A stretch of 64,000 nt of DNA from Nemertoderma westbladi (taxonomy: Eukaryota > Animalia > Xenacoelomorpha): assembly GCA_032718475.1 (NCBI GenBank), contig JAUCBJ010002273.1, forward strand, positions 97,779 through 161,778. The letters run 5' to 3'. Shown one piece after another: positions 51,598 through 63,930 of this stretch (the first letter of the stretch is position 1; each line of letters opens with the position of its first letter). A program made the position numbers and the translations under genes. The notes beneath the pieces are model-generated. The model saw only the letters and a list, made by a program, of their open reading frames with translations. It searched no databases and had not been told where the DNA came from.

Positions 51598-51976
51598 AAC
51601 CAGTTCTGCAACTAGCCTCGGACATTCACTCTCCCACCTAATACACTTCTATTGAACAGGCAGTCTTAAGTTGCATATTACAGTTATTACAATTATTATT
51701 ACAGTTAATTGCAGTTGCATTAACAGCTGAACTCCACTTCATTTAAAATTAATTGCCTCACAGCGAGAGGCCTACTGCATTACCTACCTGTAGCTCCTAT
51801 TAATAACTAGTAGCTATATTATTAACATAGCTCTAAACGCCACCATAAATATAAGCTAACGTTTTTATAACATAATTGATGTCATTTTTAAATTTATTTA
51901 TACAGCAACTAATATAATTTGTGCAGTTTCTATCACTTATAATATATATAATCATTTCGTAATGTTAAAATTTTGC

Positions 51977-52137
51977 AATAAAACTACATACATACTTGTT
52001 GCAAAGTACTTTACAGTGTTCTGATCCTCGTGGCTTTATTTTCACTCACTCTCTAACGTTCGTTCGTGTAACAAAGCCACTCGGATCATCACACTGTAAA
52101 GTGCTACTTTACACACAAGTATGTAAATAGTTATTAT
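51977..52137. mobile_element. ~160-bp fold-back MITE
   Basis: TACATACTTG..ACTTTACAGTGT..TGATCC..GTGGCTTT pairs with AAAGCCAC..GGATCA..ACACTGTAAAGT..CAAGTATGTA. Confidence 0.7.
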
Positions 52138-53076
52138 ATTGTATTTCTTTATTCATTTTTATTATTGCAGACAGGTGCGGGAACTCTGAACTCAATTAAA
52201 TAAATCTCTCTCCAGGGGAAAATCGACACAAATAACCACTGATTTCACTCAAAAGTGATAATGTAACCTGTTGTATTGACTTTCGTTTATTGCTTAGGTT
52301 AGAATAACGCGCAACTGTATCCTGCTCCTTTATCTTAATTGATAAAAATTTAATATTAATACGGGATTTTAATTCCCCGAGTTTTCTACCTGTTTCTAAT
52401 AATTTTACTCATGACTAGCAGGTTTCAGACTCTATGTTAGATCATTGGTTATGGGTATACCCCAAATGTTTATTTTAAAACCAGCCAGTTTTTCATTAAA
52501 ATATACCTTTTGAATAACAAAATCTTTCATTAAAATTGTTATATTATCGGTAATAAAATAAATTAACTTAAATAAATTAAATTTTCGTTCGTGGGGCAAA
52601 GGCCCCAAGAACATGTATGTATTGTATATACATTGTATAGGTTTAAAATTCTAATTACAAATTACATTGTAAGATATTGAATAGATAAGCCCTTATGACG
52701 TCTCTTTTAGAACTATATTAACTTATCTGAACCAAATAGGTTGAAATTTTGCAATTGCGATTTTATGCCATTAGGTGTTGCTTTAATGAAAACGTCAGCA
52801 CCTATATCAGTATATAATAATTACATTCGTGTTTTATTATATTACAAGGTCAGTTCGGGTCTTATCTTCTGTGTCATTGGTAGAGAAAACAACCAACTCC
52901 ATGATGATGGAGGTGAATGATGGAAGTACCATCTGGTACTGCAATTAGGATCCCCTACTTTTTCTTTCTCCTTTTATTGTGAAACGAACTTACTCTCTGC
53001 AAACTACAAACTGCAAAACCGAATAACTATGGGATTCAAACAAATACAACCGCAAAATTAAACAAATACTTCAGCA

Positions 53077-53799
53077 ATGGGAATGGTCTTTTATAAGTCA
53101 GTACTATTATATGCTATTTACGGGATACTAAACATTACGGCCTGTTATGGCGTCACCTGTTATAACGAAAATTATTATAGCTTTAAAGCATCTACTGATT
53201 GGCTACAACAGGAGGTGAGCGAATTGGTATCATCCATGTCTAATAGCAATAAGGTATGGTTACAAGATGCATCAGTCACAACAATACGACATAGTAAAAT
53301 CAAAAACGTGGAACGCAACTGCACAGAATGTGCCCATTACTTCGTGCGAATAATCAGTGTTCATGAATTGACCGGGGATGAGTTAATGATCAATGTTATC
53401 ATTGAAGTATGCATAAAGAGCGAGAGTGAATTGACATGGAAGAGAATATGCCTGGCTCTGGATGAAGACCGATGTGCAGCATTCATGCTACAGCTAGAAG
53501 CTGGGTATCGTCTTAATCAGCAGAGGACCGACGGCGTGAAATATGATCAGGATGAATTCCTCCGGGTCTTGTACATGATTAGAGCCTCTATGAGAGACGA
53601 GCTGACTGAAATATACAGTTCTTGTCATGTCATGTGTTGTCCTGGTGAGTGTCTTACTGATCCAGTCTGGCAGAGGAATCTAGCTACAACTACTACCAGG
53701 GCAGTTGAAGAAACAACAACAGCAGGATGCAGTTCAGTTGTTGCTACTTTGGTATTTCCTATGATTTTGGTGATGGTGATATTGAGTGGAGTCTTTTAG
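53077..53799 (+). CDS. 240-aa secreted, probably GPI-anchored Cys-rich protein (divergent Ly6/uPAR three-finger-like)
   Basis: Hydrophobic N-terminus ending near CYG-VTCY; 10 Cys in the mature domain ending C..CC...C; Thr-rich stalk; hydrophobic C-terminal tail with no cytoplasmic segment; AATAAA at about 53932. The family is inferred. Confidence 0.75.
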   Translation: MGMVFYKSVLLYAIYGILNITACYGVTCYNENYYSFKASTDWLQQEVSELVSSMSNSNKVWLQDASVTTIRHSKIKNVERNCTECAHYFVRIISVHELTGDELMINVIIEVCIKSESELTWKRICLALDEDRCAAFMLQLEAGYRLNQQRTDGVKYDQDEFLRVLYMIRASMRDELTEIYSSCHVMCCPGECLTDPVWQRNLATTTTRAVEETTTAGCSSVVATLVFPMILVMVILSGVF

Positions 53800-55746
53800 A
53801 ACATAATCCACTTTGTGTGATAATGTATTACACATTGATATAACATGTATTTTAATACTATTTATAGGAACTTTAATTATTTTATTTAAGTGCTACTTTA
53901 ATATTTTAGACGTGACTTTATAATTTAAGATAATAAATTATAAATTTATACCTTCCCCTTCAGTTTGTGTAACGGGGTTTCTAATCCGTCCTCATATTCG
54001 GTGGTTTGATAGCAATAAATTATAGAAACGTCTACAATATAATGTTTTATTAATAATTAATAATAATAATAAAGTAATAATAAAGTCGCGTCTAAAATAC
54101 GTGTTACTACAGTACATGTCAGTGTGGAATACATTATTGAGTAAAAATACTAAAAATATGTCCAACTGATGTAATCAGTGTTTATGTAATATTGCCAGAG
54201 ACGCTATCTAAGGTTGGGGGTGAGTCACGCAGTCTGTGAGGACATGATGCAGATGGACCGAGCCATGAAGTATTTGCATGCATATGTTTGCATTCATTTT
54301 AATTGATTTGTTAAAAAAAAATTTTACATTACTTAATGCAAAGTGGCAAACACCACAACAATATCAACAACCGACAGCCAACAATCTGCAAACCACTGCC
54401 GAAAAATATAAAATTGATACTGAAACCTTACTTTAGTTTATTGATTTGGTTATAATGGCCTTCCACTACAACCTTCACATTCATTGATAGATAATTAACA
54501 TTAATTAGTGCTAATAATGGTTGTTGTTTGTCGACGTGATGTTTACTTACATCTGCAACGCCATTTATAAATTTTTTGATAATTGAGCATAATAGGCTAA
54601 TGTATGTACCAATTATAGTCTCGGGTTACATATATCAACATTCACATATGATTAGTGAACTTGCGGCCAGAATATGGAAGAATACCAGGTTTTAATTTTT
54701 CGATCGGAATTTTATTGGAATTTTATATCTGATGATGAAAAATTTATATTTTTTACATTTCCCCTTATTAAGTGTTTTTTATTTCTATCTATATCCTGTA
54801 CACGTGTACAGATACTAATTAGTTTATTGGTTTGGTTATATTTAGACCTTCTGCAATCTCGCCTTTCTAAATTCTTCAAATGGGGAATTACACTGCAATG
54901 TGAAACATTGGCCGTGAACATTTAACATGCACTAGTTTTATGTTGTTGCGGGCTGGCATATCTAGACATACTAGATATGCTCTGCTCATGTGTGACCCAG
55001 ACCTAAACATAATATTTGCTTTATCTTTCAAAATATTATTACATATGCTTTTTACTAATATACTCGTCAATTTAACAGTATTAAGTTATTAATTTCGACA
55101 ATATTAATAATTGGGCTTGTTGACAGCCATACCATATATGTTCAACCCAGTATTAATCTTCATGACAATCTTGTGGATAGTTTAATACTGAACAAGTATT
55201 AATTTCATTCTCATTTGTATTTGAAATTTATTTGTGTATCAAGCACAACAATACGTGGTATTAGTAACCATGCTTATTGGCAGCCTTCCCAGTAATGTGA
55301 AAATTTCGGTTGCTAATCACCTTTCAAAACATTATATTATTACCGTTGCTGTGCAACAACTCAGAATCAATCTTTTTTGAATGTCGTTGTGTGCGTCAAT
55401 TATTGGGCGTTAATAATAAAGTTAGTCGTATGTGCACAAAGGGGGTATGACCAGGACGTAAAATAATAAATATACTGCCCCGAGAATGAAACTTTGTATT
55501 TTTTGGTATTGTCAACTCCATTTGTTTATATATAAAATATATTCAGCACAGTTAATGTCAGTCTGCGTTTCGGAAAAACATTTGAAACAAAAAAGGACGA
55601 GCGCAACGAGGCTGATGAAGGAGCCTAGTATTATTGTAAAACGAAAAATGTCAAACTTAACTTAAATAGCCCTAGTTAGTGAATATCAACATAATATTGT
55701 ATTTATTATAACTACAACATGTGTTATATTATATCTACAAAATATT

Positions 55747-55842
55747 GAAGTTAGGACAATTGCTACCCAACAAATTGTTTTAAAATCATGGGTCGCAATT
55801 GTCCGGGTCGCAATTTGGCCGGGTCGTAATTGTCCGAACACC
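55747..55842. mobile_element. Small MITE relic with repeated 15-16-bp subterminal motifs
   Basis: GGACAATTGCTACCC is inverted relative to three GGGTCGCAATTGTCC-like units. Confidence 0.5.
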
Positions 55843-57859
55843 CAAAATATTGTACTGTATAGTGATATTTTTAGTACATTGAAACTTATGTTTAGTGATA
55901 TACTTATTATTAGTTAAATTATGTTTAGATTCTATTGGTTTGGTACTTATTATTGGTTTCTTACTTATCTTACTTACTTATATTTCTTACTTACTTAAAC
56001 CAGGGAAATATAAGGGGAAATAACACAGAATTACTGTACAAGAAGTAGCGAAATAAAGCAAGTAGAAAATAAAATAAAGCTTTATATATTTATGTACATA
56101 TATGTTATTAGTCAGCTCCTCCGCTCCAACTCCCTGTGTTTGCTTGGGGGTCGGCGGTCCTGGAGGTGTCTCGGGTTCGGGGACGGAGCTGGTCTGCGTG
56201 GGTCTAACCTACCAGACAATTACTGATTTGGTGGTGGCATACGTGCTATTTATTGTCGGTGCGATGTTTAATTGTTTTTATTGTTTGTTCATATCTGTTT
56301 CCTAATTAAATGCTGGTTGTATATATAAAAAAAAAATTTTATTAGTCAGACAGAAAGATATTATGTTACTTAAAATAAATAAAATGAATAGACTTATTAC
56401 AGTATGGAGGAAACAACTTTCCCACAGGAACCCGTCGAGAATCATAAGATAAAATAATTTCGATGTGAATTCGAACTTATTGCATTTCTGAGATAAATGC
56501 AGGTCTTGATTTTAGATGTATGTAATTAATTAATGGACTGAAATAATACAGGACTCGGGGCAGTTACTTAATATAATCTAAATAATTAAATAATCGTGTG
56601 AAACAAATATGAAAAAATTAGAGACTGGTGTAAGTATGCTTTGAAACAGTGCACTACGAAACATGAGTAACACCTGCGTGTTAATGTGTGAGGTGTGAAG
56701 GACTTGACGAACTACAAAATTGTGCGCTTGAGAATTGCGTGCAAAAGAAATTGAGTGTGTGTGACGCACTCAATAAAATACGTGTGGTGTATTTTCACCC
56801 TATGGATTGTAAAAGGAGCGGGGAGCCTCCGGGGTATTGACATTACATTTTTAACGAGTAGTTAATGTATCAATACTTAACATTCTGGAATCACATAGGT
56901 GTGGCACTATAAAATTGCTCTAAACTCAAAATTTTTACACACACCTCGCGTTTACCCACCAATGATTTTGCCGATTCACTGTGCGAGGGTAACACGCCAA
57001 AAGTTTCTTAACCCTATAAGAAATACAACCAGGCTGATAGTGATTAAAATCGGCCACTTGCCAGGATGTCGAAGTGTATTTTAAGATAGAAATTCCAGGT
57101 TCCCTGTGATGCTGTATCGGGGTGGGGGGTCAAAATGGGAAAAAGCTGTTAGCGCCCCAATTGTAAACCAACCTAAAGGTCAATTTACAATAGGGAACCT
57201 GCCAACCAACCTTCAGGCCCATTACATGGCCGCGTTCACTAAATGTTAAACCTATTGTCCTTTATCTGCTTGTTTATTGGTATATTAGTGTGTATAATTA
57301 ATGATATTAAGGATATTCATACTATGTATAACTAGAGACGGGCCTAGCGGCCCGCGTGAAGCAAGTCGTAGGAGACAGACAGTACGAGTCAAGTAAAAGC
57401 TTATTGTTATGTCTGATAATAAATTAGTGTGGGCGTAGTTCCGGTGGTGTACGAGAAATTTTCTAGACAATTTAAAAATATAATTATTATGTTGTGAATT
57501 AGAAAATAATTATGAATTATAAATGAATTATAAAAGCTGTTGTGATTATAGAAGATAGAGAGCAGTTAGCGAAATGATTATTTTGTTCTATCGGATAGAG
57601 TAGTCAGAGAGGAGTCGAGGTGTCTATTGATTAATAATAATAACAGCAGTTGTCATGAATTTAATACAATCGCGCACAAGAAGTGATAAGACAAATTCGT
57701 TCTTATTTTTGTAATAAATAAAACAAGTTAAGATGTTTCAATCATGACCTACTATAGATACGACCCGCCAAGCTGCTGCAAGTGAACTTTAGTGGGCCAG
57801 TTATTTCTCTTATATAGAACCCCTGAAACAATAGGTCTAGCGCGTCGAAAGTACTTGTC

Positions 57860-59604
57860 CCTAACTAAAATTATGTCCTCTTTCAGATGAGACAAATAAA
57901 AATTTAATAGCTCCAGTTGTTTTCGAGATATGAGATGTTCCTGGCACCCGCATGCCATACAATTTCAGAACTTTCGGAATTGATTGTAACGATTTGTATC
58001 GTGATCAGCGACCTTGAAAAACAGTGTAGCATCAGAAATATCAAACCTAAGGCAAAATTTTCATGACAGTTTCGAATTTTTTTGCTACTTGTACGTTTCG
58101 TTGTGGAGGACCAAAATAGCACAAAAAATGATGACCTTATGCGACCATCGGTGACTGATGGAATATAGTTATATTACATCGTCTATTCAATACGTTATCC
58201 CCAACATAGTTGAGATGACAACAACCGTTGGCAATAATTATTATACCATCTTAAAACTTCAATCCTTTTCAATCCAATTCTCGGACGCCCACCAGTTGCA
58301 CAATCAAATCCCCGACCGAATTTACCACAGTAGGACACGACCCCTGATTCTTGGCTGATGTGATAAACGAGAGCAGGGTGAGTTAACCACGTGGTAGTTG
58401 ACGGAATCGAATCAGTTAGTTGTGCGGACAGAATCCACACTCTCTCATAAGAAAAGGTCCACCATAAAGAGCCACACTCTCTCATAAGAAAAGATCCACC
58501 ATAAAGGGCCACTCTCTCTCATAAGAAAAGGTCCACCATAAAGCGCCACACTCTCTCATAAGAAAAGGTCCACCATAAAGCGCCACACTCTCTCATAAGA
58601 AAAGATCCACCATACAGTGCCACATTCTCCCAATAAAATGTCCGACACCATAAAGCGCCACACTCTCCAAAGAAAAGGTCCACAATAAAGAGCCACACTC
58701 TCTCATAAGAAAAGATCCCACATAAAGCGCCACTCTCTCTTATAAGATAAGATCCACCATAAAGCGCCACTCTCTCTCATAAGAAAAGATCCACCATAAA
58801 GCGCCACTCTCTCTCATAAGAAAAGATCCACCATAAAGGACCACTCTCTTTCATTAGATAAGATCCACCATAAAGCGCCACTTTCTCTTATAAGATAAGA
58901 TCCACCATAAAGCGCCACTCTCTCTCATAAGAACAGATCCACCATAAAGGTCCACTCTCTTTCATAAGAAAAGATCCACCATAAAGCGCCACTCTCTCTC
59001 ATAAGAAAAGATCCACCACAATACGTCCAACACGTCCATAAAGCGACACACTCTCTCATAAGAAAAGGTCCACCATAAAGCGCCACTCTCTCACATAAGA
59101 AAAGATCCACCATAAAGGGCCACTCTCTTTCATAAGAAAAGATCCACCATAAAGAGCCTCTCTCTCTCATAAGAAAAGATCCACCATAAAGTGCCACTCT
59201 CTTTCATAAGAAAAAATCCACCACAAAGCGCCACTCTCTCTCATAAGAAAAGATCCACCATAAAGGGCCACAATCTTTCACAAGAAAAAATCCACCACAA
59301 AGCGCCACTCTCTCTCATAAGAAAAGATCCACCATAAAGGGCCACACTCTTTCACAAGAAAAGATCCACCATAAAGCGCCACTCTCTCTCATAAGAAAAG
59401 ATCCACCATAAAGGACCACTCTCTTTCATTAGATAAGATCCACCATAAAGCGCCACTTTCTCTTATAAGATAAGATCCACCATAAAGCGCCACTCTCTCT
59501 CATAAGAACAGATCCACCATAAAGGTCCACTCTCTTTCATAAGAAAAGATCCACCATAAAGCGCCACTCTCTCTCATAACAAAAGATCCACCACAATACG
59601 TCCA
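57860..59604. repeat. Duplicated block copy B: 570-bp head plus 37-bp minisatellite (58434-59604)
   Basis: Matches 27807 onward in direct orientation. The array is shorter and ends abruptly at TACGTCCA. Confidence 0.96.
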
Positions 59605-59878
59605 CTAAACATTATAATTCAACACAAACTTATACATGAAACACAAATATAACTTTACGATAAAAAAATTATGTTTCAACAGTTAGTAGGCCTACTGTAT
59701 ACTAATATTTAATTTAATGACATACCGGTAGGCTCATTTATTTTGTAAAATACATGCGTTTATTCGAGGAGGTCATTTAAAATGATAATTGGATGGCCAG
59801 GGGAGTGTTTATTCAAGTAAATACGGTACTACAGTATATATACTACTACCTAAAATCGTACAACATAATTAAGTTTGG

Positions 59879-60018
59879 AAAACAATAGCACTTACAACGC
59901 ATTTAGATTTCATTTTAATACGTTTACACAGCAAATATTACAGACAGTAAAAATCCAATCCAGTTGTGTAAACTGATTAAATTTATATTTAAATGCGTTG
60001 TAATTGCTGTTGTTTTCT
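59879..60018. repeat. Imperfect fold-back (MITE-like)
   Basis: AAAACAATAGCACTTACAACGCATTTA / TAAATGCGTTGTAATTGCTGTTGTTTT, with inner GTTTACACA / TGTGTAAAC. Confidence 0.65.
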
Positions 60019-60650
60019 TAATTTCACTATTAAGATTTCCCACAAATGAACCACTAACTGATAATTAAGTTTGGTGTGTAGTGAGTGTAAATGTGACGCC
60101 GACAAACGACAGCCGACAACCACAGCTTAAAACGAAAAAATATGAAACAATTAGCTGCTCTTTGCTCTCGTTTATTTTTTGGTTAGAGCATACCCTCTCA
60201 CTGAAACCTGTTCCTTTCCCACAATTGATAATTAACATTAATAATGGTTGTCGGAGTCTAAACAAGCCAATATCAACCAGGTAACAATGTACAATTAATA
60301 AGTCAATATTAAAATACAATTAAAATTATCTTCAATACCTAGTAGTTAGCAGGTAATAATTTTCAGTAAAAATTACAGTTTTTCTCGAGATCTTCTCTAT
60401 TATAACTCATAGAACTTAGTTTCACTTTATTATTATTATCATGTACATATGATTAACGTGTAGAAAACCGTTCCTCAATTTCAGTCTTCATTTCAGTCAC
60501 ATACTCGAGTTCGAATAATACAATGCGGCAAAGGGGCAAAGGGGTGATGATCCGAACGTACTTGCAACCATAGCGTGGTGTACCAAAGTTTCTGTGGTAC
60601 TAATAAGTTTTAAAGTCAATGTTTATTACAATAAAATTATCGGTACATTT

Positions 60651-61577
60651 TTATTTATCTTCGGCGGTGTTTGCCTTCTGTATCAGCGGATCAGCTGATG
60701 CATCACCCCCGGCACCGAACGACTGAGGCATGGGTTGGTTTGGACCGAATGACTGAGGCATGGGTTGGTTTGGACCGAATGACTGAGGCACGGGTTGGTT
60801 TGGACCGAATGACTGAGGCATGGGTTGGTTTGGACCGAACGACTGAGGCATGGGTTGGTTAGGACCGAATATATGCGGCATGGCGTGGCCGGAAACGAAT
60901 GTAGGCGGCATGGGCTGGCCGGAAAAGAATGTCTGGGCCTGGGGTGCTGATGGCTGGCTGGGTTGTGGCATCGGGGCAGCTACATATACAACCTGAACAC
61001 AACGGTCCACTGACACGCAACAAACCTTCGTCGACGCAAAAACAATCTGCGTCACAATCATAACAAACGAAACAACCCAAAAAACTAACAGCACAGCATG
61101 CAAGCTACTGCATCTATAGCTGAGATTATGATCTAGAACTTCATAGACAGATTGGAATCCACCAGAGATAATTGCACCCAACACAACAACAGCATCCATG
61201 GCTATCACAGCGATTAGAAGACCTCTGGAACATTTATCAGTAGAGCCGCCATCTTTTATGCTGCCAAACATACCCATTAGGCCAACGGTTATCAGAAATA
61301 GACCTCCCCATATTGGCCTGCCAATGTTAAAACGAGAGCAAGAGGAAGGTATGTCAATAATTCCACTCAAAATTAACAATCCACCTAATCCAATAATCAC
61401 ACAACCAGTAATCTTATTAGATTTGACGAATTTCCATTTCGCAGCCACAAGTGGCATCACGTTAGGGGAAGGCTGTCCGCAAATAGGATTCATCATCATG
61501 AACAGTGATTGTTCAGGATAAGTTGGGACTTCCTGTATCTGACACCGCGATTGGAGCTGATGATTTTGGGAATTCAT
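60651..61577 (-). CDS. 308-aa MS4A/CD20-like four-TM protein with a Pro/Gln-rich repeat tail
   Basis: Four hydrophobic segments; GRPIWGGLFLITVG resembles the MS4A TM2 motif G(Y)PFWGG; Cys cluster after TM4; C-terminal (QPMPQSFGPN) x about 5 encoded by 30-bp repeats. Confidence 0.82.
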   Translation of the reverse strand: MNSQNHQLQSRCQIQEVPTYPEQSLFMMMNPICGQPSPNVMPLVAAKWKFVKSNKITGCVIIGLGGLLILSGIIDIPSSCSRFNIGRPIWGGLFLITVGLMGMFGSIKDGGSTDKCSRGLLIAVIAMDAVVVLGAIISGGFQSVYEVLDHNLSYRCSSLHAVLLVFWVVSFVMIVTQIVFASTKVCCVSVDRCVQVVYVAAPMPQPSQPSAPQAQTFFSGQPMPPTFVSGHAMPHIFGPNQPMPQSFGPNQPMPQSFGPNQPVPQSFGPNQPMPQSFGPNQPMPQSFGAGGDASADPLIQKANTAEDK

Positions 61578-62966
61578 CTATAATCCCAATAGAATGATTT
61601 AAAAGTGCAAATGAAATATATATAAGCAATTATTGAATTCAAACACACTAGCTGATAAGTGAAAGTAATTAAGTACCAGGTACAGTCGGGGGGGGGGGGG
61701 GGGGGGGGGGGTTAACATTCCTTCATTTCATTTTTACATTTATCTCCCCAATTTCAACATACCCATCACCGCACCATAATTGTGATAAAAACGCAAACGG
61801 GTTAGGATGAGAATGATGAAGTTATGAATGATGAACTGAATGTGTTGTGTATGCAGTATAAAAGCATTGTAAATGCTTGATGGTTACTGCAGCCACATGG
61901 TCACCAGTACTGAGTGATGGTTTGTTCTTGTCATGAGAAATGTAGTACACTAATAATTTTTGGTTATGAGCGTGTTAGTTGGAATACTTAAATGATTAGT
62001 TATGGGGTTATTGGGGCAGATGGGACAAAATCCACTGGCCTCACGGGAAAATTTCGGAACTTAGACTACTGTAGGTAAACTGTGATATTGTCATTTCGAG
62101 CCCTTCATATCGACACGAGGTTATCAAAACGACCCAATTTCGTAAAAAAAATCATTCCAGAATATGATATACTGTATTTAACAATTGGTCTACCAGTTGT
62201 GAAGGGGATTTGATTTTATTGGTTATCTGGCACCTTCTGGCTTCCTGCATAGCTCGCTGCCTCGGATAGCCCAGTTTAGGTTAGGGCTCGAAGCAGGCAG
62301 GCAGGGAAAGGGCTTCTTCCCCTTCCATCCAATGCTAATACTGTAAAACAGTTTTTTGTCAAATTGGGTGTGGGGGGGGGGGGGGTATCAAATTACACTT
62401 ATTTCACATCTACAGTAATATAAAGGTAGCTCGGTAGTTGCATTACTGTAGGCCCGTTTTTTCCTCTCGACGGGGCCCTGTGTATGGGTTCAGTTCTAAA
62501 GCTAGCAATTATACTGAAATTCACACATGTCATGGACTACTGGTAGGACTACAGTAGGCCTACCTATTTTGGTATATTACAGTAGTACCGGTACCGGTAT
62601 TTCGGAGGAACCCATAAATAATAAATCAGAAACATGCTACCATCAGACCATGCAGCTACATAGATCCCAATAGATAATGACTGCGGACTGCGCATAGGTC
62701 TATAGTAATAGCATTAGCGTCATTATATTATTATGGAATCCACCGATCTGCCTGCTGCCAACTTCCTTGCTGCTCAAGTCTGACAGTATGCATGCAGACG
62801 TGCTACAAAATGGAGAAAACTGAAAGTTCTCCAGTCTGCTAGTTAGGCAGCCAAATTCTGAAATAGGCTTCTAAAACATTACCTATAACTATTACTTTAC
62901 CTATAGTAGGCCTACTGCGTCCTGGTACTGTATAGTACTACTGTATTACCACAAGTTCTCGGATAG

Positions 62967-63016
62967 GAAGAACAAAAGGCCATCTAAACCGTTATTTAGA
63001 TGGCCTTGGAAGAACA
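62967..63016. other. 34-bp hairpin flanked by an 8-bp direct repeat (possible transposon footprint)
   Basis: GAAGAACA-aAAGGCCATCTAAA-ccgtta-TTTAGATGGCCTTg-GAAGAACA. Confidence 0.6.
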
Positions 63017-63679
63017 CCACAACACAATGTACGCACCACGACAACACACAGTATAAAGTCATACAAGCGATGTCACGAGGTCACGTGCCCCGTGCAGCAT
63101 GACATTGCTGGTCCAACCATGGTTTCGATTTTCTATGTTTCGGAATTTTGGAGAGTTATTTAGTAACTTATGACTCAAGTTCCAATGCGCGGATTGAAGT
63201 ACATTCTAGTTCAAGTAGAATATCACAAGTATCTGTCTGTGGGTTGAAATATCAACGTGCGGTAATGGATGTCCGAAATTCTTACCACAAGCTTACAGTA
63301 TGATCTGGTTTTTACAAGTTCTTGCTCTGCTATACCGACCGGTAAATGTAAAGTCATTACAGTTTTACCAAATTATTATTGGTTAAAAAGTCGACTTAAT
63401 GTGCAAAATCTCAATATTGTTTAAAAAATTTCCGCTCTCTACGCTCGTTGTCTTCCTTGTTATATACTGTACATTCACTTTTATAATTTATATTCCTATT
63501 AGGAACTACTGTATTAACATCCACATTTCCTTTCCATTTCTAATGCTTTCATTATACCCCCTCCTTCATATTATCTACTTTCATTTGAGTGTACCATACC
63601 TTTGCGTTTTTAAACGTCATTTTTAAAGTGTAAACATTTTCTTCCTCATGGTTGTATCCTACTTCTTGACCGAAACTTA

Positions 63680-63930
63680 AATACGTCACGGTAGTAGTAT
63701 ACAATACTATGACACTGGATAATGGTCACCCGTAGCCCATCATTACCGTCCATTTCTGGTACTCTGTCCAATCAGAAGCCACTATTTCAACCTTTAGCGG
63801 TGGTCGTTATTATTTCAACCAATCAGATGTCAGCATTTAATCCGTAACCATGGCAACTTCTCAAGTTCCCGCATCTTCCGCTAGAGGCGTTATTAGTCAC
63901 CCAACGCTACTCATCCGTCCAATCATAAGC
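63680..63930. promoter_or_regulatory. Candidate Pol II promoter: three CCAAT boxes and an RFX X-box
   Basis: CCAATCA at 63768, 63819 and 63919; GTAACCATGGCAAC at 63844-63857; CRE-like TACGTCAC at about 63682. Confidence 0.55.

Noticed and set aside
55608-55650. CTGATGA...GAAA as a third hammerhead
   Set aside because: No stem I, II or III pairing could be built.
54674-57470. Short 60-83-aa ORFs
   Set aside because: No recognisable motifs; lengths expected by chance. Small exons cannot be excluded.
61687-61711. Long G homopolymers (also about 37023, 48895 and 62372) as G-quadruplex elements
   Set aside because: Simple homopolymers of uncertain length with no further support.
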